Source: Limisphaerales bacterium
GTDB taxonomy: Bacteria; Verrucomicrobiota; Verrucomicrobiia; Limisphaerales; JBGAJN01
Direction of reading: 5' to 3'
Assembly: GCA_044224905.1 (NCBI GenBank)
Contig: JBGAJN010000001.1
Location: 129,110 to 193,109 of the forward strand
Length of the DNA: 64,000 nucleotides
Below the pieces are notes generated by a model, which saw only the letters and a list, made by a program, of their open reading frames with translations, was not told the origin of the DNA and did no database searches. Below, in pieces: positions 49,384 through 60,341 of this stretch. Every line of letters begins with the position of its first letter. Position 1 is the first letter of the stretch. The translations under genes and the position numbers were made by a program.

Positions 49384-49674
49384 ATGAGGACTCGAACAAT
49401 CTCTCTCATCTGTTCCGCTCTGATGATTTTCCTGACCACGACGCCGCAGTCTCATGCTGCCGACGTGGACTCCGCATCGGTCGCCGCAGACGTGTTGGTT
49501 GGCCGGCCGCTATGCTTTGCCGCCACCGTAGTAGGCAGTGCCTTCTTCGTCGTGGCCCTGCCGTTTGCGCTTTTCTCCAAGAGCGTGAACAAGACCGCTG
49601 ACGTGCTGGTCGGGACGCCGGCGCGCGCGACCTTCACCCGGCCGTTGGGCGACTTCAATCAAATCGGCGACTGA
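49384..49674 (+). CDS. Small exported/membrane hypothetical protein
   Basis: Signal peptide, DVLVGRP...hydrophobic helix...PARATFTRPLG. Confidence 0.7.
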   Translation: MRTRTISLICSALMIFLTTTPQSHAADVDSASVAADVLVGRPLCFAATVVGSAFFVVALPFALFSKSVNKTADVLVGTPARATFTRPLGDFNQIGD

Positions 49675-49721
49675 CGCCCGATCCGGTTCTCCGGAACATC
49701 GCGGACCTACGGGAGCAAGGT

Positions 49722-50786
49722 ATGCCGCTCGAACTGCGATCTCTGCCGAAAGTTCTCCTCCACGAGCATCTCGACGGCGGCGTGCGCCCGCAAACCGTCA
49801 TCGATCTCGCCCGCGCGGTAAATTACTCCGAACTCCCGACCGACAAACCCGCTGAACTCGCTGCGTGGTTTCATCGCGGCGCCAATCGCGGTTCGCTCCC
49901 GCTCTACCTCGAGGGCTTCAAGCACACCATCGCTGTGATGCAGACGCGCGCGGCGCTGGAACGCATCGCGTTTGAGTTCATCGAGGACATGCGCGACGAC
50001 GGCGTCGTGTACGCGGAGGTGCGTTTCGCACCGTGCTTTCACCGCGAAAAAGGACTCACGGACGAAGCAATCATTGGCGCAGTGCTCGACGGCTTGCGAC
50101 GCGGCGAAGAGAAGACCGGCTTGAAGTGGGGGCTGATTGTTTGCGCGATGCGCGACCGCACGGATTCATTGGAAGCCGCGGAACTCGCGATCAACTTCCG
50201 TTCGCGCGGCGTGGTGGGTTTCGATCTTGCGGGCGAGGAAGCCGGGCATCCGCCGAAAAAACACGTCGAGGCGTTCGGTGCCATCCAACGGGCGAATTTT
50301 TATTCCACCCTCCACGCTGGCGAGGCGTTCGGCGTGGCTTCGATTTGGCAGGCGTTGCAAATCTGCGGCGCGCACCGGCTCGGTCACGCGACGCGGCTCT
50401 CGGACGACATGACCATCGTGGACGGCAAGATCGTGAAGCTCGGCACGCTCGCGCAATACGTCCTCGACCGCCGCATTCCGCTGGAGATGTGTCTTTCGAG
50501 CAATGTCCACACTGGTTCCGTGGCGTCGCTGTGCGAGCATCCGTTCAAAATGTATTTCGATCACGGCTTTCGCGTTACCTTGAACACCGACGATCGCTTG
50601 ATGAGCGACACGACGATGACGAAGGAGTTTGCGATCGCCGTGGAAGAGTTCGGTCTCACGCTGGCGGACTTGGAAAAAGTCACGATGAACTCGATCAAGA
50701 GCGCGTTCATTCCGTTCAACGATCGGCTGCACCTCATCTACGACGTGATCAAGCCGGGCTATGCCAAGGTGCGTGGGACGAATTGA
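49722..50786 (+). CDS. add: Adenosine deaminase
   Basis: PKVLLHEHLDG, GFDLAGEE, HAGE, RLGH, CLSSN, NTDD. Confidence 0.93.
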   Translation: MPLELRSLPKVLLHEHLDGGVRPQTVIDLARAVNYSELPTDKPAELAAWFHRGANRGSLPLYLEGFKHTIAVMQTRAALERIAFEFIEDMRDDGVVYAEVRFAPCFHREKGLTDEAIIGAVLDGLRRGEEKTGLKWGLIVCAMRDRTDSLEAAELAINFRSRGVVGFDLAGEEAGHPPKKHVEAFGAIQRANFYSTLHAGEAFGVASIWQALQICGAHRLGHATRLSDDMTIVDGKIVKLGTLAQYVLDRRIPLEMCLSSNVHTGSVASLCEHPFKMYFDHGFRVTLNTDDRLMSDTTMTKEFAIAVEEFGLTLADLEKVTMNSIKSAFIPFNDRLHLIYDVIKPGYAKVRGTN

Positions 50787-50809
50787 CGGAACGTGAGGTG
50801 TGCCGCACT

Positions 50810-51370
50810 TCACTCGGTCGCGTGGGCATAGAAACTTTGGTGGAGGAGGAAATTCAAATCGTGAACGGCCATGCTCAGGTCGGCGTAATTCGCCGCCGTT
50901 TCATCGTCCAAAGGTCCTGATTCGATCCGCTGCTTCACGCGTCGATAGCGGCGGCTGAAGGGGAGATGTTCGTTGTCCTCGCCGAGAGCGCGCAGGAGCG
51001 CGCGGACTTTCTCCGCGCGTTGGCGCGCTTGTTTGATCGTTCTCAAGGCGGCGGCGACTTCGAGTTTTCCCGCCGCCACGGATTGGAGCAGGCCGCATTC
51101 GAAGTTGCGGCAATGTGACGGGCGGTCGGCATAGACACCGCAACGGCAATCGGCTCCCAGCGCGGTGCACGGTTGCGGGAAGCGCGTCTTGGTTTTGAGC
51201 CGTTGCAAGGTCAGGCCCAGCGCTTCGAGCTTTGTTGCGCTGTCGCCGGGTTCAAGTTCGACGTCGCGGAAGAGCACGCCGTTGCAGCACAGGCCGCAGT
51301 TCAGGCACAGCTTCGCGACGTACGCGTCGCCGGCTGATTTCGGCGTGCTGGCTTCATTACGGACGGACAT
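50810..51370 (-). CDS. YkgJ-family CxxCxxCC cysteine-cluster protein
   Basis: CLNCGLCC, PC..L...CGVYADRP..CRNFEC. Confidence 0.85.
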   Translation of the reverse strand: MSVRNEASTPKSAGDAYVAKLCLNCGLCCNGVLFRDVELEPGDSATKLEALGLTLQRLKTKTRFPQPCTALGADCRCGVYADRPSHCRNFECGLLQSVAAGKLEVAAALRTIKQARQRAEKVRALLRALGEDNEHLPFSRRYRRVKQRIESGPLDDETAANYADLSMAVHDLNFLLHQSFYAHATE

Positions 51371-51603
51371 CGCCCGAGTCTAGGCACTATTGGCCTGACA
51401 AGCAAAGCCGGCACCTCACGGAAAAGCGCCTGTGATTGCAGTTTGGCATTGCCTCGCTCGCGCCCCTTGGTAATTCTTTGGCCACATTTCCGAAACGAAA
51501 GACAACATGATGGTGCGCAGTTTCAACAGCGTTATCCCGCAGGGCCGGAACCCCGCCTGACCGGTCAGAAACGGCGCCCAATTCACGCAGCACAGGAGAC
51601 CCA

Positions 51604-52641
51604 ATGAGCGAAAACAACTTCCCCAAACTTCACAACGCAATGTGGCCCGGCCTCGTCGGCAAGGGCAGCCCCGGCGCCGAACCGTTCATCGACCTCGACA
51701 CCATGCTCGACCTCACGGCCAAGGCTGAGGTCAACGGCGTGAAATTCGACGGCGTCGATCTGTTCCTCTACAACCCGCATGTCGACATCGACATCTCGGA
51801 CGACGGCATCAAGAAACTCGCGGACAAGATTCGCGCCAAGGGTTTCGTCGTCGGTTCCGTCGTCGCGCCGGTTTGGTTCGATGGTTCCGCGATGGGCGAC
51901 GAAACCAAGCGCGCCAATTGGGTGACCGCCGTTCGCAAGGCGTGCGGCATCGCTCAGAAACTCCGCAAGCTCGGAGTTCGTCCGTACGGCATTGTTCGCA
52001 TCGACTCCGCCGCGAGCGTGACCGATTGGGAAAAGGATCCGAAGAACAACACCAAGCTCATCGCGAAAACGTTCCGCGAAGGCGGCAAGGTGGCCAAGGA
52101 CCACGGCGAACGTCTCGCTGCCGAAGGCGAAATTTGCTGGGGCGGCATGCACAGTTGGAAATACATGATCCAAACCCTCGAGGAGACGAACATGCCCAAG
52201 GTCGTCGGCTTCCAGGCGGACATGGCCCACACGCTCCTCTACACGCTCGGCTACAACGCCCCCGAGCACCGCATCGTGCCCGAGAAATTCCAGTGGCAGC
52301 CGGATCAATTCCACGCTGCGATGAAGAAAATGACCAAGGCGCTGCGTCCTTGGACGTTTGATTTCCACGTCGCGCAAAACGACGCGACGGTCAAGGGCTC
52401 CGGCGGCCACGACAAGACGGGCCGTCATTGCCAGGCCACCGATCCGAACGGCAAGTTGAACATCGCGCGCGATGCCGGCTACTGGATGCGCGACGATGCC
52501 GGCAAGGTGACCAAGAAATTCAATCACATCTGCTGGGATGGCTGCATGTTCCCGAACGACGTGATGATGAAACAGGAAACGTGGAACAACATTCTCGCCG
52601 CGATGATTCAGGTGCGCGAGAACCACGGTTGGAAGGCTTAA
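51604..52641 (+). CDS. Sugar phosphate isomerase/epimerase (xylose isomerase-like TIM barrel)
   Basis: AEGE, QADMAH, FHVAQND, CWDG; SD-like AGGAG upstream. Confidence 0.8.
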   Translation: MSENNFPKLHNAMWPGLVGKGSPGAEPFIDLDTMLDLTAKAEVNGVKFDGVDLFLYNPHVDIDISDDGIKKLADKIRAKGFVVGSVVAPVWFDGSAMGDETKRANWVTAVRKACGIAQKLRKLGVRPYGIVRIDSAASVTDWEKDPKNNTKLIAKTFREGGKVAKDHGERLAAEGEICWGGMHSWKYMIQTLEETNMPKVVGFQADMAHTLLYTLGYNAPEHRIVPEKFQWQPDQFHAAMKKMTKALRPWTFDFHVAQNDATVKGSGGHDKTGRHCQATDPNGKLNIARDAGYWMRDDAGKVTKKFNHICWDGCMFPNDVMMKQETWNNILAAMIQVRENHGWKA

Positions 52642-52661
52642 TTTAACCAGAGGAATAACCC

Positions 52662-52729
52662 GCCCGCGAAATGCGCGAACGATCCGAATCAAGCGTTTGA
52701 ACTCGCGTCGTTGAGCGTGATTCACGGGC
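52662..52729. repeat. Intercistronic imperfect palindrome, same family as 21520-21643
   Basis: GCCCGCGAAATGCGCGAACGA ... TCGTTGAGCGTGATTCACGGGC. Confidence 0.6.
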
Positions 52730-52744
52730 CAACCAAAAATCCAT

Positions 52745-53893
52745 ATGGCAAAGAAACAACTCCGCATCGGACTCATCGGCTACAGCTTCATGGGCCGAGC
52801 TCACAGCAACGCGTTCCATCAGGTCAATCACTTCTTCCCCTCGAGCTACGAGGTCATCCCGCAGGCTGTCTGCGGTCGCGACGAAGCCAAGGTGAAGGAA
52901 TTCGCTGATCGTTGGGGCTACAAGTCCATTGAGACCGACTGGCGCAAGCTCATCGAGCGCGATGACATTGACGTCGTCGATATCGCCACGCCCAACAACA
53001 TGCACGCCGAGCAGGCCATCGCCGCTGCCAAGGCTGGAAAAATGATCCTCTGCGAGAAACCCCTCGGCCTGAACTCCAAGGACGCCGAGAAAATGCTCAA
53101 GGCCATTGAGAAGGCCGGCGTGAAAAACATGGTCTGGTATAATTACCGCCGTTGCCCGGCTGTCGTCCTCGCGAAGCAGATCATCGATTCCGGCAAGCTC
53201 GGCCGCATTTTCCACTACCGTGCGAACTTCCTCCAGGACTGGACCATCAACGCCGACCTTCCGCAGGGCGGCACCGGCCTCTGGCGCCTCGACGCCAAGG
53301 TCGCCGGCTCCGGCGTCACGGGCGACCTGCTCGCGCACTGCATCGACACCGCCATGTGGCTCAACGGCGGTATCAAGGACGTCAGCGCGATGACCGAGAC
53401 GTTCGTCAAGGAGCGTAAACACAATCTCACCGGCAAGGTCGAGAAGGTGAGCATCGACGACGCCTGCCTCTTCCACTGCCACTTCAACAACGGTTCCCTC
53501 GGCCTCTTCGAGTCCACCCGCTACGCCCGCGGCCACAAGGCGCTCTACACCTTCGAGATCAACGGCGCGAACATGTCGCTCAAGTGGGATCTGCACGATC
53601 TGCACCGCCTCCAGATTTTCGATTACTCCGATGAAGGCACGGAACGCGGCTGGAAGAGCGTCCATGTCAGCGACGGCGACCATCCCTACTGCGGCAAGTG
53701 GTGGGTGCCCGGCCTCCAGCTCGGATATGAACACAGCTTCGTTCATGCGATGGTCGAGTTCGTCCAGGGCCTCGAGAGTGGCAAGGGCTGCAAGCCCAAC
53801 TTCAAAGACGGCCTCGCCACGGACTACGTCGTGGACGCCGTGCTCGCCTCCGCGAAGCAGGGCAAGTGGCAGAAGGTCAAGCAGGTGAAGTAA
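52745..53893 (+). CDS. Gfo/Idh/MocA family oxidoreductase
   Basis: [26 protein letters not shown]. Confidence 0.92.
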   Translation: MAKKQLRIGLIGYSFMGRAHSNAFHQVNHFFPSSYEVIPQAVCGRDEAKVKEFADRWGYKSIETDWRKLIERDDIDVVDIATPNNMHAEQAIAAAKAGKMILCEKPLGLNSKDAEKMLKAIEKAGVKNMVWYNYRRCPAVVLAKQIIDSGKLGRIFHYRANFLQDWTINADLPQGGTGLWRLDAKVAGSGVTGDLLAHCIDTAMWLNGGIKDVSAMTETFVKERKHNLTGKVEKVSIDDACLFHCHFNNGSLGLFESTRYARGHKALYTFEINGANMSLKWDLHDLHRLQIFDYSDEGTERGWKSVHVSDGDHPYCGKWWVPGLQLGYEHSFVHAMVEFVQGLESGKGCKPNFKDGLATDYVVDAVLASAKQGKWQKVKQVK

Positions 53894-53909
53894 GTCGAAT
53901 TTAAAACGC

Positions 53910-53944
53910 AACGCGGGAGGATGAAAACATCCTCCCGCGTTTTT
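53910..53944 (+). terminator. Intrinsic terminator between convergent genes
   Basis: AACGCGGGAGGATG-AAAA-CATCCTCCCGCGTT-TTT. Confidence 0.85.
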
Positions 53945-53979
53945 CTTTCAGTAAGTAACGAGTAAGTCGAGCGCTGGGC

Positions 53980-54441
53980 TCACGCCTTCCCGCCGAAGCT
54001 CACGTAGTCATCGAGATCGAGCACGTCGAACCAGGTCGTCAGATCTTCACGAGTCTTCGAGAGGTTCGTGACGTACTTGGCAAAGTACTGCCAAGTTTCG
54101 GCGTCGCTGTCGGGGCCGCGCCGTTCCTGATACGCGGACCACTGCTGGATCTCCCACGGCGCGCGCTGGTGCTTCGCGTGGGCACTAACCCAGGCGAGAA
54201 TCTCTTCGTCGCCTTTGCCCTTCTTCAATTCAGCCAGCAACTTCTTTGGATCGATGCCGGTGAACTGGACGAATCGCTGATCGAGCGGGCAGTTGTAGTG
54301 ATACTCCCCGTTTTTCCCGAGCAGCGTGGCCCGCCCCTTGTCCAGCATGCGTGGCAGAAGAACGTAGCCGCCGAGCCGAACGCGTGTGCTGCGTGGCGGG
54401 CGTTGAGTGAGATCGGTGGGTGGAATTTTTGAGGTGCTCAT
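53980..54441 (-). CDS. DUF5069-like protein
   Basis: DL..RPPRS..LGG...LPRMLDKGRA...GEYHYNCPLD...F..FTGI. Confidence 0.75.
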   Translation of the reverse strand: MSTSKIPPTDLTQRPPRSTRVRLGGYVLLPRMLDKGRATLLGKNGEYHYNCPLDQRFVQFTGIDPKKLLAELKKGKGDEEILAWVSAHAKHQRAPWEIQQWSAYQERRGPDSDAETWQYFAKYVTNLSKTREDLTTWFDVLDLDDYVSFGGKA

Positions 54442-54461
54442 AGGTATTTTGTTTTTCCGTT

Positions 54462-57400
54462 TTATTTGCCGGAGGAATTCTTGGCCGCGAGCGGTGCGAG
54501 TTGCCCGTTGTCCCAACCGCCGCCGATCGCCTTAATGAGTTGCACGGCAGTGATCAACCGTTGACCCGCGATCTGCGCCGCGCCGCGTTCGTTCGCCAAG
54601 GCGGTGCGTTCGCTTTCCACCACTTCGAGGTAGCTCACGAATCCCGCGTCGTAACGCGTGCGCGAAAGCTTCGCGACCTTTTGTGATGCCGCGACGGCGC
54701 GTGCCTGCGCCGCCGCTTGCTCGGTCAGCAAGCGCGACGCCGTGAGGGCGTTCTGCGTCTCCTGAAACGCGACCAAGATGCGCTGACGATAGTTCGCCAC
54801 GCTTTCGTCCCACGTCGCTTGCGCGCGGCGGAGGTTCGCCTTGTTGCGACCGCCTTGGAAAATCGGCAGCGTGATGCTCGGGCCAATGCTCCACACGCGG
54901 CTCTGCCAGTTGAACAACGTCTCCACGTCGGCGCTCTCCCAACCGGCGACGCCGGTGATCCGCACGATCGGGAAAAACGCGGCCTTCGCGACGCCGATGC
55001 GCGCATTGTTCGCAGCGAGCAACCGTTCCGCCTCCGCGATGTCGGGGCGACGTTCGAGCAATTCGCCCGGCAGACCAGCGGGAATCAAGGGTGGCGCGGC
55101 ATCGAACGGGAGCGGGTTTTCCGTCACGTCGAACTCACTCGCCGCCGCGCCCACGACCACCGCGAGGGCGTTCTTCAATTCGCTCCGCCGCCGCTCCACG
55201 CCCACGACTTCGGTGGCAATGGTCGCGAGTTCGGTCTCGGCGCGCGCGAGTTCGAGCTCGCTGGCCGTGCCGCTTTTAGCGCGGGACTCGATGATCTTGA
55301 GCGCCTCGCGTCGCAAGGCAACCGTGCGGGTCAGCGTGGCGCGCTCCGCATCCAGCGCGCGGAGCGAGAAATAATTCTGGGCGACGTCCGCATGCATCAT
55401 GAGCCGCACGGTCTCAAACGCGGCGATCTTCGCATCGGCTTCGCGCGTCGATGCCTCGAACGAACGCCGCACGCGCCCCCACAGATCGAGTTCGTAGTTG
55501 AGATCGAACGGCACGCGAATGTTGCCAACTTCAGTGATGGGAAACGCCAAACCCGCGTTGGGTGAATAGCGCTGGCGGCTGTAGTTCGGATCGAGCGTAA
55601 TGTTGGGGAAATAATCCGCCTTCGCCTGCCGCGAGTTCGCACGCGCCTGTTCGATGCGCGCCGCTGCGGCTCGCAAGTCCTGGTTGTTGGCCAGTGCGCG
55701 AAGCTGAAGCTGATTCAGCGTTTCGTCGTTGAAGACTTTCCACCATTCACCGCGTGGGAGCGCATCGGCGGGACGGCCTTCTTTCCACGCGCCGGCGTTG
55801 GTGTCACTGAAGGACGAGGGGATCGCATTGGTGGGGCGTTGATAGTTCGGGCCGACGGCGGCGTTCAACGTGAGGGCCGAGGCGAGCAGCAACACCACCA
55901 CGGTTCCGGCCACGCCGTGAGAGCCGAGCGGTGGCGTTTGGGGCTTCGGTTCCGTCGCGGACTTTTTCTTCCAACCCAGCTTCATCAGCACCACGTAGAA
56001 CACCGGCGTGAGGAACAATCCGAACACCGTCACGCCAATCATGCCGGCGAACACGGCGACGCCCATTGCGCGGCGCATTTCCGCGCCGGCGCCTGTGGAG
56101 ACGACGAGCGGGAACACGCCCGCGATGAACGCGATACTCGTCATCAAGATGGGCCGCAAGCGCAAGCGCGCCGCTTCGATGGCCGCCTGCATCGGTTCCA
56201 TGCCTTCGTCCTGTTTGTGTTTGGCGAACTCCACAATAAGGATCGCGTTCTTGCACGCGAGGCCGACGAGCACGATGAGACCGATCTGCGTGAAGATGTT
56301 GTTGTCGCCGCCGCTGAGCCATACCCCGGCGATCGCGAAGAGCAGACACATCGGCACGATGAGGATGATCGCGATCGGCAATCGCAGGCTCTCGTATTGC
56401 GCGGCAAGCACGAGGAACACGAGCAGGATGCACAGCGGGTAAATGTAAACCGCCGAATTGCCCGCGAGGATGCGTTGATACGTGAGATCGGTCCATTCGA
56501 ACGCCATGCCCTTCGGCAGATTTTCCTGCGCGAGTTTGGCGATCAACGCCTCGGCCTGACCTGAACTGTAACCAGGCGCGGGGCCGCCGTTGATTTCCGC
56601 GGCGGGATAACCGTTGTAACGCATCGCGCGATCGGGCCCGTAGGCTTCCTTCACTTTCACGAGCGCGCCGAGCGGCACCATCTGGCCTTTGGCGTTGCGC
56701 GTCTTGAGGCGCGTGATGTCTTCCGGGCGTTCGCGAAATTGCGCGTCGGCCTGCGCGACGACCTGATAGGTGCGGCCGAAGCGGTTAAAGTCATTCACGT
56801 AGAGCGAGCCGAGATAGACCTGCATCGTCTCGAAAAGATTTTGCAACGGCACGCCCTGCGTCTTGGCCTTCACACGATCGATGTCGAGATCGAGTTGCGG
56901 GACGTTGACCGTGAACGTGGAGAACACGCCGCCGAGTCCCGGCGTCTGGTAACTCTTTCCGATGATCCCTTGCAGATTCTGGAACAACGCGTCGTAGCCG
57001 AGATCGGCGCGGTCCTCGACGAAGAGTTTGAATCCGCCAATCGTGCCGAGTCCATTCACCGGTGGCGGCATCACCGCGAGCACGAACGCATCCTGAATCG
57101 CGCCGAACTCCTGATTGAGCGCGGCGGCGATGGCGGGCCCACTGAGGTTCGCGCCATGCCGTTGGTCGAATGGTTTGAGGCCGAAGAACACGATTCCGGC
57201 ATTGGGCGCGACGCTGAAGCCGCTGATGCTCAAGCCGGGAAACGCGATGGCGTCCTGCACGCCCGGATGCTTGAGTCCGATTTCCGACATGCGCCGGATG
57301 ACGGCCTCAGAACGATCGAGGGACGACGCGTCGGGCAATTGCGCGAAGGCGACGAGGTATTGCTTGTCCTGAGTGGGCACGAAGCCAGTGGGGACTTTGT

Positions 57401-59093
57401 TGAAACTCCAGCCCGTGAGGCAAACCAGGCCGACGTAAAGGACGAGCGCGATGACGCTCTTGCGAATCGTGCTTGCAACGCCGGCGGAATATTTTTTGCC
57501 AGACCATTCGAAGAGACGATTGAACGGCCGGAAGAACCAGCCGAACATTTTGTCCATCGTGCGCCACAACCAGTCCTTCGGTGCGTGGTGATCTTTCAAG
57601 AGCACGGCGCTCAACGCGGGTGACAAGGTCAGCGAATTGAATGCCGAGATCACGGTCGAGATCGCGATGGTGATCGCGAACTGTTTGTAGAACTGGCCGG
57701 TCAATCCGCTGATGAACGCCGTCGGGATGAACACCGCGCAGAGCACGAGCGCCGTAGCGATGATGGGGCCGGTCACTTCGTTCATCGCACGCTTCGTGGC
57801 GTCCACGGCGGACAGGCCGAGCGCGATGTTGCGTTCCACGTTTTCGACGACGACGATCGCGTCGTCCACGACGATGCCGATGGCGAGCACGAGGCCGAAT
57901 AGCGAGAGCGCGTTGATACTGAAACCAAACGCGTGCATCACGGCGAACGTGCCAACGAGCGACACCGGAACCGCCGCGAGCGGAATGATCGACGCGCGCC
58001 ACGTCTGGAGGAACAGGATGACCACGATGACGACCAGCAGGACGGCTTCGAAGAGCGTCGTGACAACCGCCTTGATGGAGTTGCGCACGAAGACGGTTGG
58101 GTCATAGACCACCGAGTAGTCGATGCCTTCGGGGAAATTTTTCTTCACTTCCTCCATCGCGTGACGAACGTCGTCGGAGAGTTGAATGGCGTTGGCGCCG
58201 GGTGATTGAAAGATCGGGAGCGCGACGGCCCGACGATTGTTTAGCAACGAACGTAGCGAATAGCCGGAAGCTCCGAGCTCCAGGCGGGCGACGTCTTTGA
58301 GCAGCGTCTTCTCTCCGCGTTCGCCGGTCTTGACGATGATCTGGCCGAACTCGCCTTCGTCGATCAATCGGCCCTTGGCGTTAATCTGGAGTTCGTAATC
58401 GACCGGCCGACCGACGGGCTGGCGACCAATTCCGCCGGCGGCGACTTGCACGTTCTGTTCGCGAATGGCGTTGATGACGTCGCTCGCGGTGAGGCCTTTA
58501 GCGGCGACTTTGTTCGGATCGAGCCATACGCGCATGGCGTAATCGCCGGAGCCGAAGAGTTGCACGGAGCCCACGCCGGGAATGCGCGCGAGCACGTCCT
58601 TCACCTGCAAGCTGGCGTAGTTGCGGACGTAGATTTCGTCGTAGCGATCGTTCGGCGAGAACAAGTGCACGACCATCGTGAGATCAGGCGATTGCTTCGT
58701 CGTCGTGACGCCGAGGCGGCGAACTTCTTCCGGCAATTTCGGCAACGCCTGTGAGACGCGGTTCTGCACTTGGACCTGCGCCTTGTCGATGTCGGTGCCG
58801 AGTTTGAACGTCACGGTGAGCGTCATCACGCCATCGCTCGTGGCCTGCGAGAACATGTAGAGCGAGTTCTCGACGCCGTTGACCGCCTGTTCGAGCGGCG
58901 CGGCAACGGTCTCGGCGATCGTCTTGGGATTCGCGCCCGGATACGTCGCCATCACGACGATCGTGGGCGGGACGACTTCTGGATATTCGCTGATGGGCAA
59001 TCGCCACATGGCGATGAAGCCGATCAGGAAAATCAGGATCGACAGCACGCCGGCGAAGATCGGGCGTTTGATGAAGAAGTGGGAAAAGTTCAT
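54462..59093 (-). CDS. RND (HAE1, MexF-like) efflux permease fused to a NodT/OprM-type outer membrane factor
   Basis: aa 1-~1040: FFIKRPIFA, IGIVVDDAIVVVENV, KNAILIVEFA, RLRPILMT. aa ~1080-1543: VGPNY.RP, WWKVF.D, YELDLWG, LLERRPDI, KAIGGGW. One uninterrupted frame. Confidence 0.92.
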   Translation of the reverse strand: MNFSHFFIKRPIFAGVLSILIFLIGFIAMWRLPISEYPEVVPPTIVVMATYPGANPKTIAETVAAPLEQAVNGVENSLYMFSQATSDGVMTLTVTFKLGTDIDKAQVQVQNRVSQALPKLPEEVRRLGVTTTKQSPDLTMVVHLFSPNDRYDEIYVRNYASLQVKDVLARIPGVGSVQLFGSGDYAMRVWLDPNKVAAKGLTASDVINAIREQNVQVAAGGIGRQPVGRPVDYELQINAKGRLIDEGEFGQIIVKTGERGEKTLLKDVARLELGASGYSLRSLLNNRRAVALPIFQSPGANAIQLSDDVRHAMEEVKKNFPEGIDYSVVYDPTVFVRNSIKAVVTTLFEAVLLVVIVVILFLQTWRASIIPLAAVPVSLVGTFAVMHAFGFSINALSLFGLVLAIGIVVDDAIVVVENVERNIALGLSAVDATKRAMNEVTGPIIATALVLCAVFIPTAFISGLTGQFYKQFAITIAISTVISAFNSLTLSPALSAVLLKDHHAPKDWLWRTMDKMFGWFFRPFNRLFEWSGKKYSAGVASTIRKSVIALVLYVGLVCLTGWSFNKVPTGFVPTQDKQYLVAFAQLPDASSLDRSEAVIRRMSEIGLKHPGVQDAIAFPGLSISGFSVAPNAGIVFFGLKPFDQRHGANLSGPAIAAALNQEFGAIQDAFVLAVMPPPVNGLGTIGGFKLFVEDRADLGYDALFQNLQGIIGKSYQTPGLGGVFSTFTVNVPQLDLDIDRVKAKTQGVPLQNLFETMQVYLGSLYVNDFNRFGRTYQVVAQADAQFRERPEDITRLKTRNAKGQMVPLGALVKVKEAYGPDRAMRYNGYPAAEINGGPAPGYSSGQAEALIAKLAQENLPKGMAFEWTDLTYQRILAGNSAVYIYPLCILLVFLVLAAQYESLRLPIAIILIVPMCLLFAIAGVWLSGGDNNIFTQIGLIVLVGLACKNAILIVEFAKHKQDEGMEPMQAAIEAARLRLRPILMTSIAFIAGVFPLVVSTGAGAEMRRAMGVAVFAGMIGVTVFGLFLTPVFYVVLMKLGWKKKSATEPKPQTPPLGSHGVAGTVVVLLLASALTLNAAVGPNYQRPTNAIPSSFSDTNAGAWKEGRPADALPRGEWWKVFNDETLNQLQLRALANNQDLRAAAARIEQARANSRQAKADYFPNITLDPNYSRQRYSPNAGLAFPITEVGNIRVPFDLNYELDLWGRVRRSFEASTREADAKIAAFETVRLMMHADVAQNYFSLRALDAERATLTRTVALRREALKIIESRAKSGTASELELARAETELATIATEVVGVERRRSELKNALAVVVGAAASEFDVTENPLPFDAAPPLIPAGLPGELLERRPDIAEAERLLAANNARIGVAKAAFFPIVRITGVAGWESADVETLFNWQSRVWSIGPSITLPIFQGGRNKANLRRAQATWDESVANYRQRILVAFQETQNALTASRLLTEQAAAQARAVAASQKVAKLSRTRYDAGFVSYLEVVESERTALANERGAAQIAGQRLITAVQLIKAIGGGWDNGQLAPLAAKNSSGK

Positions 59094-59150
59094 GGCAAGG
59101 GTTGCTTCGTGGGCGCGGAACCTCCGCGCAAGACCACAAGCGTTGGCGCG

Positions 59151-60341
59151 TTATTTCTTGGCGACTTTCGTTTCGCTTTCGGCGGCGGCGACTTCCTTCT
59201 GCGGCGTCACGGGCATACCGGGACGAACGCGCTGGAGGCCGTTGACGACAACTTGTTCGCCGGGTTGCAAGCCTTCGCGAATCACGCGCTTGCCTTCAAC
59301 CACGGGGCCGATTTTCACCGGACGATATTCGACCGTGTTCGTCGCGGAGAGCGTGAGCACGAACTTCTGGCTTTGATCGGTGCCGATGGCGCGGTCGCTG
59401 ACGAGCAACGTGGGCTTGCGCTCGCTACCCGGGACGCGCACCCGCGCGAAGAGTCCGGGGAGCAAACGGCCGTCGCGATTCGGAAACACGGTGCGCAAGA
59501 GAATGCTTCCCGTGGCTGGATCGAGACGGTTGTCGAAGGATTCGATGAAGCCCTGATGGGGAAAGCCATCCTCGTCGGCCAAACCCATTTCGACCGCAAC
59601 GCGACCGTCGCCGTTCGTGATCTTCTCCTGCAGATGTTGGAACTTCAGCAGTGTCGCCTCGTCGACATCCGCGTAAGCGTAAATCGGATCGACGGAAACA
59701 ATCGTCGTCAGCACGGTGTTCATGCCGGGACCGCCGCTGATGTAATTGCCGACGGTCATCCACGCACGACTGACGCGGCCGTCGATCGGCGCGCGAACCT
59801 CGGTAAATTCCAGGTCGAGTTTCGCGGTGTCGTTTGCCGCTTTCGCCGCAGCCAGACCGCCACGGGCTTCGGAGAGCTTGGAGTTGCGTTGCTCCGATTC
59901 CTCGATGGAGATCGCCTTTTCCAACAGCAATTCCTTCGCGCGATTAGCTTCGCGTTCGGCAGTGTTCAGCTTCGACTGCGCACGCACGAGCTCGGCGGCA
60001 GTGCGATCAAACTCGGCTTGATGCCAGCGAGGATCGATCACGAAGAGCACGTCGCCCTTCTTGACGAGCTGGCCGGACTGGAAACGAACTTCGCGAATAT
60101 GCCCACTCACCCGTGGGCGTACTTCGACCGTTTCCACGGCGTCGAGACGGCCGGTGAATTCGTTGTATTCCACAAGCTCACGTTGCTCAACGGGTGCGAC
60201 GGTGACAGCGGGTGGCGGGGGCATCGGGGCAACGGCGTGCGGCTTGCAACCGCCCGCGATCAAAGCTGCGGAAGCCGCCGCGAGGATGAATATCGGTTTC
60301 ATGGTGGTGAAGATTTTTGAGATGGCGGCGGTGCAACTCAT
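59151..60341 (-). CDS. RND periplasmic adaptor (MFP) lipoprotein
   Basis: Lipobox IAGGC, VRPRVSG, GQLVKKGD.LF.ID, RAPIDG, PGLF. ATG 60341 forms an ATGA overlap with the upstream stop (alternative start 60302). Confidence 0.93.
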   Translation of the reverse strand: MSCTAAISKIFTTMKPIFILAAASAALIAGGCKPHAVAPMPPPPAVTVAPVEQRELVEYNEFTGRLDAVETVEVRPRVSGHIREVRFQSGQLVKKGDVLFVIDPRWHQAEFDRTAAELVRAQSKLNTAEREANRAKELLLEKAISIEESEQRNSKLSEARGGLAAAKAANDTAKLDLEFTEVRAPIDGRVSRAWMTVGNYISGGPGMNTVLTTIVSVDPIYAYADVDEATLLKFQHLQEKITNGDGRVAVEMGLADEDGFPHQGFIESFDNRLDPATGSILLRTVFPNRDGRLLPGLFARVRVPGSERKPTLLVSDRAIGTDQSQKFVLTLSATNTVEYRPVKIGPVVEGKRVIREGLQPGEQVVVNGLQRVRPGMPVTPQKEVAAAESETKVAKK

